Source of the DNA: a bacterium | GTDB taxonomy: Bacteria; Bacteroidota; Bacteroidia; Bacteroidales; Bacteroidaceae | Length of the DNA stretch: 64,000 nucleotides | Assembly (NCBI GenBank): GCA_963627995.1 | Contig: CAVGCV010000010.1 | Span: 954 to 64,953, forward strand | Direction of reading: 5' to 3' | Shown: positions 1 through 8,114 of the stretch, in pieces | Layout: each line of letters begins with the position of its first letter | How positions within the stretch are numbered: the first letter of the stretch is position 1 | Translations under genes and position numbers: made by a program | The notes under the pieces: model-generated | The model's database searches: none | The model's input: only the letters and a program-made list of their open reading frames with translations | What the model was told of the DNA's origin: nothing

Positions 1-580
1 GCTCTATGGCTGCGGGCGGCGCGGCGAGCGACACCATGTCGCGGTTGAGCCTTGCCCACAGCAGGCGCGGGTTTCCCCAGCAGATGTAGGCCTGCCCGTC
101 GTCGTCGATGAAGACGGTGGGGTCGATGTGCTCCCACTTCCCGTCGTCGTAGAGGGGGCGGCCGATGGCGTCGCGGAAGGGGCCTGTGGGCGAGTCGGCG
201 ACGGCCACGCCGATGGCCATGCCGCCCGAGAGTGCGGAGTGGGCGCAGATGTACCAGTAGAACTTGCCGTCGCGCTCCACGCACTGGCCTGCCCACGCGC
301 GGTCGTCGGCCCAGCTGAACGTCTCGAGGGCGAGCGGAGAGCCGTGGTCGGTCCAGTTTACCATGTCCTCCGACGAATAGACGCGCCACTCCTGCATCCA
401 GAAGAAGTCGGCGTTGTCCTCGTCGTGCCCCACGTAGAGGTAGAACCGTCCGCCGTGGACGAGGGGCGCGGGGTCGCCCGTGTAGCAGGTCTGCACCACG
501 GGGTTCTGCGCGCCGGCGCGCGGCGCGGCCATGGCGGCGCACAGGAGGAGGGGCAGGAGGGGGGAGTTGTTTCGTCTCAT
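1..580 (-). CDS. Glycoside hydrolase family 43 protein, N-terminal part (gene continues beyond window start)
   Basis: Own reverse-strand translation from the ATG at complement 578-580: MRRNNSPLLPLLLCAAMAAPRAGAQNPVVQTCYTGDPAPLVHGGRFYLYVGHDEDNADFFWMQEWRVYSSEDMVNWTDHG...DPTVFIDDDGQAYICWGNP. Signal peptide plus GH43 five-bladed-propeller motifs. Not in the ORF track because it runs off the edge. Confidence 0.85.
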   Translation of the reverse strand, partial: MRRNNSPLLPLLLCAAMAAPRAGAQNPVVQTCYTGDPAPLVHGGRFYLYVGHDEDNADFFWMQEWRVYSSEDMVNWTDHGSPLALETFSWADDRAWAGQCVERDGKFYWYICAHSALSGGMAIGVAVADSPTGPFRDAIGRPLYDDGKWEHIDPTVFIDDDGQAYICWGNPRLLWARLNRDMVSLAAPPAAIE

Positions 581-631
581 GTGTTGGGGGTGTTGGGGTT
601 GTCCGTGTTCCTTTGACGTGTGTCGGTGCGG

Positions 632-639
632 CAAAGTTA
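632..639 (-). promoter_or_regulatory. Bacteroidota -7 promoter box TAACTTTG (consensus TAnnTTTG) upstream of the GH43 gene
   Basis: + strand reads caaagtta, whose reverse complement is TAACTTTG. It lies about 52 bp upstream of the ATG at 580. Confidence 0.45.
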
Positions 640-818
640 CGCCGCGCGCGCGGTCCGGGAGTTTTGTCCGCGTAACACGCTTTTGCCGTGGCGGAACAAA
701 TGCGCCCGCACCGGCGCGGGGTCGCGGTGGGACGGGCGCGGACGCGAGCCGGGGCACCCGCGCAGGCTGGCTGCGGCGGATGCCCCGGCTGTGGCCGCCC
801 CGCGCGGAGGCCGCGGCG

Positions 819-2795
819 CTATTGCACGATGAGGAAGGCGCCGTTCTTCGGGATGCTGACCTTCACTTGGCCGCGCCTGCCCACTTTCAGCGCGCGGCGG
901 CTGCCGTTGAGCTGGGCGTCGTCGGCGTAGAGGGTGGCCTCCGCGCCGGGCTGGAGCATGGGCAGGGCGAGTGTCTGCTCCACGGGGCTGTCCTGCGCGT
1001 TGATGCCGGCGACGTACCAGTGCGCGCCCGATCGGCGGGCGATGACGGCGTAGCGGCCGGGATAGCCCGCTATGTAGCGCACTTCGTCCCACGTGGTGGG
1101 CACGGTCTTCATGAAGCCGACGGCCCATGCGGGCGCGTCGGTCAGGTTGTTGGGCGCGAGCGCGAAGTGCTGCACGGGGCTTTGGAACAGCACGGCGGTG
1201 GCGAGCGCGTACACGTCGGACGTGACGCGGCGCGTGCCGCGGCGGTTGTCGGCGCTGTAGTGCTTGTTGAGCGCGCTGCCTCCGAAGTCCATGCTGCCCA
1301 CGGCGTTGCGCACGAAGGGGTGGATGGTGGCGCAGAACGCCTCGCTCTCGCACGCGCGCTGGCTGAAGCGCAGGTTCTCGCTGGCCAGCACGGCCTCGCT
1401 CGCCACGTAGTTGGGGTACATGCGCTCCCAGCCGCGGGGCAGCGTGCAGCCGTGGAAGATGACGAGGATGTCGTGCTCGGCCGCGTCGGCGAGAATCTCC
1501 TCGTAGAGCCGCATCATCTGCTGCTTGTCGCCCCCGAAGAAGTCGACCTTGATGCCCCGGATGCCCGTCTGCTGCATCCAGCGCATCTCTTTGCGCCGCG
1601 CGATGGGGTCGCTCATGATGTTGCGCGGCGTTTGCGGCGCGTCGTTCCACGAGCCGTTGGAGTTGTACCAGAGGTAGAGCGCCACGCCGCGCCCGCGCCC
1701 GTAGTCCGCCAGCTCGGCAATGCGCTCGCGCCCGATTTGCCGGTCCCATTGGGCGTCGATGAGGACGGACTGGTAGCTCATGTCGGCGGCGAAGTCGATG
1801 TAGCGCTTCTGCTCCGCGAAGTTGCAGCTCTGGTCGTCGGCAATGATCCAGCTCCATGTGCCGCGTCCGTACACGTAGTCGGGCTTGCCCTCGTACTTGG
1901 GGCGCACGAGGTCGAAGGGGACGGTGGTCTCGACGATGGGGGCGAGTGTCGTGCCGAGGGTGATGGTGCGCCAGGGCGTCTCGCCCGGGAGCGACATGGA
2001 GGGCGCGACGCTGCCGTCGCCGTTGCCCTCGGCCGCCTGCGGGAATCCGACGGTGTAGAGGCCGCCGGCGTGGCCGATGAGGCGGCAGGCGCAGTAGTTC
2101 GCGTCGGTGCCGGTTTCGGAGACGAGCACCCACACGGTCGTCGGCGTCTTCTGCCTCGCGCCGGGCTGCGCCGCCGTCACCTTGAAGAGGCAGGGGAAGG
2201 TGTAGCCCTCGCCGTTGCCGTTCAGCCCGGTGGGCGCATCGACGGTGTAGGGTGTCTCGTAGCTGGGTGTCGTGCGTGCGAACCCGCCCATCGGCTTCGA
2301 CTGCGGGCAGAGGAACGTGGTGGTCGCCGCCGGCATTTGGAAGCCGCTTGCCTCGCTCGTGACCGCGCAGCAGAGGCGCTCGTTGTTGGGCAGGGGGTGG
2401 ATGCGGTAGCGGAAGGCCACGTCGTGGTTGCCGACGCGGAAGATGACGTCCATCGCCGCCTTGCCGCTCGTCACGCGGCACACGGCCTCGGTGGCGGCAT
2501 AGTCGACGTGGCTCTGCTTGATGGTCCGCAGGTCGTAGCTCTCGCGGATGTCGGCCGTGGCGAACGACGCGATGCTGACGCCCTCGCTCAGGTTACCGAT
2601 GTCGGTGGCGAGGCCGAGGGGCGACGGCGCGACGGCCTCGACGCCGCAGTGCGTGACGCGGTAGGTCAGCTTGCCCTGCTCGTCGCTCAGCACCACGCTG
2701 GTCTGCCCGTCGGGGCTGCTCACGGTGTAGTCGCTGGCTGCGACGCCGGCTGCGGCCAGCAGCAGCGCGAGGGCGGAAAGGAGGGGTCTTTTCAT
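819..2795 (-). CDS. Glycoside hydrolase family 97 (SusB-like alpha-glucosidase/alpha-galactosidase)
   Basis: 658-aa ORF with signal peptide MKRPLLSALALLLAAAGVAAS. N-terminal SPDG...LTYRV beta-sandwich. Catalytic block IRGIKVDFFGGDKQQMMRLYEEILADAAEHDILVIFHGCTLPRGWERMYPNYVASEAV fits the GH97 pattern as I remember it. Confidence 0.75.
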   Translation of the reverse strand: MKRPLLSALALLLAAAGVAASDYTVSSPDGQTSVVLSDEQGKLTYRVTHCGVEAVAPSPLGLATDIGNLSEGVSIASFATADIRESYDLRTIKQSHVDYAATEAVCRVTSGKAAMDVIFRVGNHDVAFRYRIHPLPNNERLCCAVTSEASGFQMPAATTTFLCPQSKPMGGFARTTPSYETPYTVDAPTGLNGNGEGYTFPCLFKVTAAQPGARQKTPTTVWVLVSETGTDANYCACRLIGHAGGLYTVGFPQAAEGNGDGSVAPSMSLPGETPWRTITLGTTLAPIVETTVPFDLVRPKYEGKPDYVYGRGTWSWIIADDQSCNFAEQKRYIDFAADMSYQSVLIDAQWDRQIGRERIAELADYGRGRGVALYLWYNSNGSWNDAPQTPRNIMSDPIARRKEMRWMQQTGIRGIKVDFFGGDKQQMMRLYEEILADAAEHDILVIFHGCTLPRGWERMYPNYVASEAVLASENLRFSQRACESEAFCATIHPFVRNAVGSMDFGGSALNKHYSADNRRGTRRVTSDVYALATAVLFQSPVQHFALAPNNLTDAPAWAVGFMKTVPTTWDEVRYIAGYPGRYAVIARRSGAHWYVAGINAQDSPVEQTLALPMLQPGAEATLYADDAQLNGSRRALKVGRRGQVKVSIPKNGAFLIVQ

Positions 2796-2919
2796 GGGAA
2801 TGGTGTGGTTTGGGTTTGTTGATAATGTCGGATGGTTGGCGGGGGGTGGGAAGGAGGGGGGACGCGGGCGCGGCCGGACGGGCGCGTGCCTGCGTCCCCC
2901 CCTCGTGGGGCGGGTGCGG

Positions 2920-5298
2920 TCAGCGGGATACCAAATCGACGTAAACGGGCTCGGGCAGCCCCTCCACGTCGAGGCGGAGGCGTATGCTGCCGGTGCGCCG
3001 CGTGGCCTGCACCACGGCCATGGCGCGGCCGAAATAGGTCTTGTCCTGCGCCGAGGTGAACGGCGTGGTGCGCCGCAGGTCGCTGTTGATGAGGCCGACG
3101 AGCCGTCCCTCGCCCTCCACGGCGGCGCGCACGGTGCGGTCGGCGTGCTGCACGAGCGTGCCGTCCTTGTCGAGCAGCTCCAGCTGGATGTAGCTCAGGT
3201 CCTGCCCGTCGGCGCGGATCTGCGTGCGGTCGGCCGTCGCCCGCAGTGCCGCGGGGCTGCCGGCGGTGCGGATTTCGAAGGTGGCCACCGTGTCCGTTCC
3301 GTTCACGCCTTTCGCCTGGATGCGCCCCGGGCTGAACGGCACGTTCCAGACGATGGTGTTGTTGGGGAAGTCCTTCGTCGCTTTCACGCCCATTTCGTTG
3401 CCGTTCACGTACAGCGCCACCTTCTCGCAGTTGGTGATGGTGTTCACCTCCATGACGAGGCCGTTGTAGCGCGTGGGGAAGTTCCAGATGCTCGCCATCG
3501 GCGGCCACTGCCACAGGTCGCGCCCGTGGTCGATGTCCAGGCTCTGGTCGCGCACGGCGATGCCGACCACGGGCCGCTCGCTCCACATGGCGCGGTGGTA
3601 GGCTGCGCGCGGCTTCTCCACCATGCAGATGTCGAAAAGTCCGCTGGGCCACCCGTGCGACGGCCACCCGGCCTCGCCGATGTAGTCGATGCCCGACCAG
3701 ATGAAGCCGCCGGCGATGAAGTCGTTCTCCGCGACGATGTTCCAGGGGTTGCGGGTGTCGTAGGAGCGGATGTTGCCCTCCGCGCCGCAGTAGTACGGCA
3801 GCTCCTCGGTCACGAGGAACTTGCGCGCGGGATACTTCTTGTGGTCGCTCAGCATCCGTGCCTCGAGGTAGTTGTAGCCCACCACGTCGGTCACGCCCGA
3901 GAAGCGCTCGTCGTGGCGGTTTTGCGCCGCGAGGCACACTTGGCGGCTCGGCTCGTAGGCGTGGATGAAGTCCTGCAGCATCCTCGCGCGCTCCACGCCC
4001 GTGTTGCCGCCGTCCCACGCCTCCTGCACCTCGTTGCCCTCGCTCCAAAGCACGACGGAGGGGTGGTTGCGGTCGCGTTGCAGCATGTTCTGCAAGTCGG
4101 CGCGCCACCACTCGTCGAAGTATTCGGCGTAGTAGCCCGACTTCCACTTGTCGAAGGCCTCGTCGATGACCACGAAGCCCATGCGGTCGCAGAGGTCGAG
4201 GAACTCGGGCGCGGGCTGGTTGTGGCTGCACCGGATGGCGTTGACGCCGTATTCCTTGATGATTTGCAGCCGGCGTTCCATGGAGCGCAAGGGGAGCGCG
4301 GCGCCGAGGCACGCGTCGTCCTGGTGGAGGCAGAAGCCCTGGAGCTTGAGCCGCTCGCCGTTGAGGAGGAAGCCGTGGTCGGCCGTGAACTCGGCCGTGC
4401 GGATGCCGAATGTGGACGCGTAGGTGTCGAGGAGCTTTCCGCCGCCGCGCCCCTCCTCGCGCAGCTGGGTCTCCACCTGGTAGACGTAGGGCGTGGCGGG
4501 CGACCACAGCCGGCAGTCGCGCAGCGTGAGCTCGCACTGCGCGTCGGCGGTCTTTCCCGCGCCCACGCTGACGACTTGCTTCGCGCTCTTGGCCAGGGTC
4601 TTGCCGTCGGCGTCCTTCACGACCTGCACCACGGCGACCTGCCTGTCCGCCTTGTCGCCGTTTTCCACGGTCGTGCGGATGGACACCGTGCTGCGCTCGC
4701 GGCCCGCCCGGGGCGTGGTGATGTAGGTGCCGTAGGTCTGCACGCGCGTCCGGGAGGTGCTGACGAGCCACGCGTGGCGGTAGATTCCGCCGCCGGTGTA
4801 CCACCGCGCGATGGAGTCGTTGTCGGACGGATTGTTGCAGCGCACCGCGATGGTGTTCCTGCCGCCGTAGTTCAGGAAGTCCGTCAGGTCGTACTCGATG
4901 TAGCAGAAGCCGTAGGGGCGGAAGCCGAGATGGTGGCCGTTCACCCACACGTCGCTGCGGCTGTAGATGCCGTCGAACAGGATGGCGACGCGCCGTCCCT
5001 GCTCGTTCTTCCCGACGGTGAAGTCCTTGCGGTACCACCCGACGCCGCCGGGCAGGTGGCCGTTGCAGCCGCTGAGCTTGCTGTCGAACTGCTGCGAGAT
5101 GCACCAGTCGTGGGGCAGCTGCACGTCCTGCCACGCCGACACGTCGGTCGCGGCGTCCTTGTTTTCCGGTCGGTCGGCGTTGAGGACAAACTTCCAGTCG
5201 AAGTCGAAGTTGGTCGTCGTGCGCGGCTGCGCCATGGCCGGTGTCGCGCAGCAGGCCATGCACAGCGCGGCCGCCAGTAGCTTTTGCTTGAGTTTCAT
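2920..5298 (-). CDS. Glycoside hydrolase family 2 (beta-galactosidase-like)
   Basis: ORF 2920..5811 trimmed to the ATG at 5296-5298 (MKLKQKLLAAALCMACCATPAMAQ signal peptide). Motifs FDFDWKF, WQDVQLPHDW, NAIRCSHNQPAPEFLDLCDRMGFVVIDE, VVLWSEGNEV. 792 aa. Confidence 0.9.
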   Translation of the reverse strand: MKLKQKLLAAALCMACCATPAMAQPRTTTNFDFDWKFVLNADRPENKDAATDVSAWQDVQLPHDWCISQQFDSKLSGCNGHLPGGVGWYRKDFTVGKNEQGRRVAILFDGIYSRSDVWVNGHHLGFRPYGFCYIEYDLTDFLNYGGRNTIAVRCNNPSDNDSIARWYTGGGIYRHAWLVSTSRTRVQTYGTYITTPRAGRERSTVSIRTTVENGDKADRQVAVVQVVKDADGKTLAKSAKQVVSVGAGKTADAQCELTLRDCRLWSPATPYVYQVETQLREEGRGGGKLLDTYASTFGIRTAEFTADHGFLLNGERLKLQGFCLHQDDACLGAALPLRSMERRLQIIKEYGVNAIRCSHNQPAPEFLDLCDRMGFVVIDEAFDKWKSGYYAEYFDEWWRADLQNMLQRDRNHPSVVLWSEGNEVQEAWDGGNTGVERARMLQDFIHAYEPSRQVCLAAQNRHDERFSGVTDVVGYNYLEARMLSDHKKYPARKFLVTEELPYYCGAEGNIRSYDTRNPWNIVAENDFIAGGFIWSGIDYIGEAGWPSHGWPSGLFDICMVEKPRAAYHRAMWSERPVVGIAVRDQSLDIDHGRDLWQWPPMASIWNFPTRYNGLVMEVNTITNCEKVALYVNGNEMGVKATKDFPNNTIVWNVPFSPGRIQAKGVNGTDTVATFEIRTAGSPAALRATADRTQIRADGQDLSYIQLELLDKDGTLVQHADRTVRAAVEGEGRLVGLINSDLRRTTPFTSAQDKTYFGRAMAVVQATRRTGSIRLRLDVEGLPEPVYVDLVSR

Positions 5299-5318
5299 GA
5301 AAAATGGCGTGAGTTTTG

Positions 5319-5326
5319 CAAAGTTA
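5319..5326 (-). promoter_or_regulatory. -7 promoter box TAACTTTG for the GH2 gene
   Basis: + strand caaagtta, reverse complement TAACTTTG, 21 bp upstream of the ATG at 5298. This implies a very short leader. Confidence 0.5.
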
Positions 5327-5565
5327 GGGATTAAATCCAAGGCGCGGGGCGTTGTCCCCCGTCTTTTTTCATGGGCGCAAAGGTAGGAAAAGCCGCCGCC
5401 GCGCAGTTGCCGCCATGTAACAGAAAGTTTTTCCGCTTTTCCCAAAACGCCGCCGGGCGTGGCGCGCCGTCCGCTGGGCGGACTTCGTGCGGCGGCGCGC
5501 CGGCTGTCGGTGTCGTGCTTCGTGCCGTGTAAACTACTTTGATTCAATGGGTTTGCTGCCGTTGG

Positions 5566-5676
5566 AAAAACACTGCGGAGAAGCGTGGGAAATGTCCGCA
5601 GTGAAAACTTTTTTTGTCTGCGGAGAAAAATAATTTTGTCTGCGGAGCGCCGGGATTTTCTCTGCGGAGTTTTTTT
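5566..5676 (+). repeat. Copy 1 of the five-module 22-bp-phased CTGCGGAG intergenic element (module orientation F-R-F-F-F)
   Basis: AAAAACACTGCGGAG (5566-5580), TCCGCAGTG (5595-5603), then TCTGCGGAG at 5617, 5639 and 5661, followed by T7. Spacers are A/T mini-palindromes. Confidence 0.9.
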
Positions 5677-5961
5677 GCGCGTTCCTTGCCGTGTGGTAAA
5701 TCGTTGAAAACAAGCGGTTTCTGCTGATTGTAAAAACTGGGCTTCTCCTCCGCCCGGGGCGCAGGGGCGCTGGCCGCATTGCAGGTGTGCGCGCCGCCTC
5801 GCTCTGCTCAATCGGCCGCAGCGATGGGAGCGTGGAGCGGAAGTGCCGGTTTCTCTGCCATGTTACGCAGCGCAAAAAGAATGACACACGCCGCGCGCGG
5901 GATGTAACTTCGCGGGAACAATCGGGCGTGGCAGGGGAAAGGGGTGTTGGGGCTGATTTCG

Positions 5962-5969
5962 TAATTTTG
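5962..5969 (+). promoter_or_regulatory. -7 promoter box TAATTTTG for the GH43-like/GH115/GH43-CBM6 transcription unit
   Basis: Exact TAnnTTTG match 37 bp upstream of the ATG at 6006. Confidence 0.5.
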
Positions 5970-6005
5970 CAACGGAATCACAATGTGTAAAGCACCAATA
6001 CTGAC

Positions 6006-8075
6006 ATGAAGAAGAAAAGCATGACAACAGCCGCCCTCTGCACCCTGGTGCTGTGGGGCGCATCGTCGCCCATGGCGGCGCAGCAGCCTGCCGCGGCCGG
6101 GCCGTCCGCGTCCGTCGGGACGGGCAACCCCTATCTGCCCCTGTGGGAGCATCTGCCCGACGGCGAGCCGCGCGTTTTCGAGGATCCCGACAATCCCGGC
6201 AAGTACCGCGCCTACATCATCGGCTCGCACGACGTGCGCTTCGACAGCTATTGCGGCCCGGACATCCGCATGTGGTCGGCCCCGGTCGAAGACCTCACGT
6301 CGTGGCGCGACGAGGGTGCCATCTTCACGTACCACATCTCGCAGCAGTGGGACGTGATGTACGCGCCCGACCTTGTGGAAATCCGCAACAAGGAGGGGAA
6401 GAAGGAATACTACCTCTATCCCCACAGCCGCGGGCACCAGCGCGAGGCGATGGTCTGCAAGGGCAGCCGCCCCGACGGCCCCTTCACGCCCGTCAATCTG
6501 AACGCCGACGGCACGCGCACGGTGGAGGGCAGCTTCATCGGCTTCGACCCCTCCGTCTTCGTGGAGGAAATCACCGACAAGCGCGACCCCGACTACAAGA
6601 CCGGCTTCCGCGCCTACGCCTTCTGGGGATACCAGCGGTCGTCGGCCGCCGAGCTTGACCCGCAGACCATGTACTCCGTCCGCCCCGGCACCGAGACGAT
6701 ACCTTATTTCATTCCGGCCAGCCGCCCCGACGGCACTATCCGCGACCCGGAGGGGACGGAGTATCCCGCGCTCTGCAAGGACCAGCGGCCCGGGGACTTC
6801 AACTTCTACGAAGCCTCGTCCATCCGCCGCGTGGGCAACAAGTATGTGATGATATTCTCGGGCTACTCGGGCAGCGAATACGGCGTGGGCAACACGAACT
6901 CGTCGCTGCGCTACGCCTACGGCGACTCGCCCCTCGGCCCGTGGCGCAGCGGCGGCGTGCTCGTCGACTCGCGGGGCGTGGTGCTCAGCGAGGACGGCAG
7001 CCGCCTGCAATGCACCAACGCCGCGCACAACACGCACGGCAGCCTGCAGTGCATCAACGGGCAGTGGTACGTGTTCTACCACCGTCCGCCGCGCGGCTTC
7101 GGCTTTGCGCGCCAGGCCATGGTGGCGCCCGTCGTCGTCCGCTGGGACAAGAAACCAGTTGCCGACGGCGGCAAGGTGGTCATCAGCGGCTGCGACCCCT
7201 ATGCAAAGAACGGCGAATGGACGGCCGCGGCGGCCAACGGCGACCACTATACGGGCGCGGAGGTCACGTCGGAGGGCTTCAACATCTACGGACTGCCTCC
7301 TTACCGCTACTATTCCGCCGGCTACGCCTGCTACCTGTCGGACATCGGCAGCCAGCAGGACTCGTGGGACGTCTGGGACAACAGCATGCCTGTCGCCGTG
7401 TCGCGCGGCAATGTCGTCGGCTACAAGTACTTCGGGTTCGGCGGCTTGAACAAGGCGAAGGCCGGCCTGCCGCCGTTCGAGGGAACGAAGCCGGGCAACG
7501 CAACGCAGTTCAACCTCTTCCTCACGCCCCGTACGGACAAGGCGTTCACCATCGGCGTGTGGGTGGATGGCCCGTGGGACAACGCCACGTGGCGCGGCAC
7601 GAAGCTGGGTGAAATCCGCGTGCCGGCCGGCTCGCCGCAAGAGGTGACGAAGTTCACCCTCGATGTCGCCGGCGTGGTGGACAAGATGGGCAAGAAGCAC
7701 GCCCTCTTTCTCGTGGCCGATGGCGGCGACGGCAAGCTCTGCGACCTTATGGGTCTGGGATTCAGCAAGAAGGGTGCGCCGCTTGACTATCCCGCGCCGC
7801 CGGCAGTGCAAATCCGCGTGGACGGCAAGGACATCGCGATGCCGGCAACCCCCGTGCGCTCGACCAACGAAAACGGCGTCACGGGCTACGACCGCTACGA
7901 GGCCGTCTGCACGCTCGCGGCAGGGACGACGCGCACGCCGGTCGTTACGGCAACGGCGAGCGACCCCGCTGTCCGCATCGACGTCGCGCAGCCCTCGTCG
8001 CGCGATGGCGCGGCTGTCGTGAAGTGCGACTACCATGGCGTGGTGAAGACCTACACCGTGACGTTTACGAAATGA
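6006..8075 (+). CDS. GH43-like five-bladed-propeller glycoside hydrolase with C-terminal beta-sandwich (CBM-like and cadherin-like) modules
   Basis: 689 aa with a signal peptide. GNPYLPLWEHLPDGEPRVFEDPDNPGKYRAYIIGSHD... and YAPDLVE, FDPSVFVEE blocks are typical of GH43-type propellers. C-terminal ...VVKCDYHGVVKTYTVTF looks like a beta-sandwich. Confidence 0.75.
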   Translation: MKKKSMTTAALCTLVLWGASSPMAAQQPAAAGPSASVGTGNPYLPLWEHLPDGEPRVFEDPDNPGKYRAYIIGSHDVRFDSYCGPDIRMWSAPVEDLTSWRDEGAIFTYHISQQWDVMYAPDLVEIRNKEGKKEYYLYPHSRGHQREAMVCKGSRPDGPFTPVNLNADGTRTVEGSFIGFDPSVFVEEITDKRDPDYKTGFRAYAFWGYQRSSAAELDPQTMYSVRPGTETIPYFIPASRPDGTIRDPEGTEYPALCKDQRPGDFNFYEASSIRRVGNKYVMIFSGYSGSEYGVGNTNSSLRYAYGDSPLGPWRSGGVLVDSRGVVLSEDGSRLQCTNAAHNTHGSLQCINGQWYVFYHRPPRGFGFARQAMVAPVVVRWDKKPVADGGKVVISGCDPYAKNGEWTAAAANGDHYTGAEVTSEGFNIYGLPPYRYYSAGYACYLSDIGSQQDSWDVWDNSMPVAVSRGNVVGYKYFGFGGLNKAKAGLPPFEGTKPGNATQFNLFLTPRTDKAFTIGVWVDGPWDNATWRGTKLGEIRVPAGSPQEVTKFTLDVAGVVDKMGKKHALFLVADGGDGKLCDLMGLGFSKKGAPLDYPAPPAVQIRVDGKDIAMPATPVRSTNENGVTGYDRYEAVCTLAAGTTRTPVVTATASDPAVRIDVAQPSSRDGAAVVKCDYHGVVKTYTVTFTK

Positions 8076-8114
8076 CACCCTGCTTCATCCCGAACATCCA
8101 ACCATCCCAAGCTC

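Noticed and set aside
531-2822. 763-aa + strand ORF (and the 614-aa ORF 637..2481 on the - strand) overlapping the GH97 gene
   Set aside because: The translation is Arg/Ala/Gly/His-rich low complexity with no recognisable motifs. It mirrors a clearly recognisable GH97 gene in a very GC3-rich region, where antisense and off-frame ORFs stay open by chance.
2794-5280. 828-aa + strand ORF and 823-aa - strand off-frame ORF (2792..5263) over the GH2 gene
   Set aside because: Same antisense/off-frame shadow effect. Only the frame giving FDFDWKF...WSEGNEV GH2 motifs is credible.
5299-5811. N-terminal 171-aa extension of the GH2 ORF (ORF track start at 5811)
   Set aside because: The extension reads through the CTGCGGAG repeat and a promoter box. 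The internal Met at 5298 is followed by a proper signal peptide, and a TAACTTTG box lies 21 bp upstream of it.
5534-5887. Small ORFs reading through the repeat copies (5534..5887, 12457..12828, 12518..12853, 33845..34246, 34115..34429, 40636..40974, 40730..40966, 58001..58537, 58283..58567)
   Set aside because: Their shared peptide strings (..FSAEKIFF.., ..LRTKNIFS..) are simply translations of the repeated DNA modules in different frames and strands. There is no consistent frame, start or length between copies.
5808-8078. 756-aa - strand ORF antisense to the GH43-like gene
   Set aside because: Low-complexity Arg/Ala/Val-rich translation. A shadow of a GC3-rich gene.
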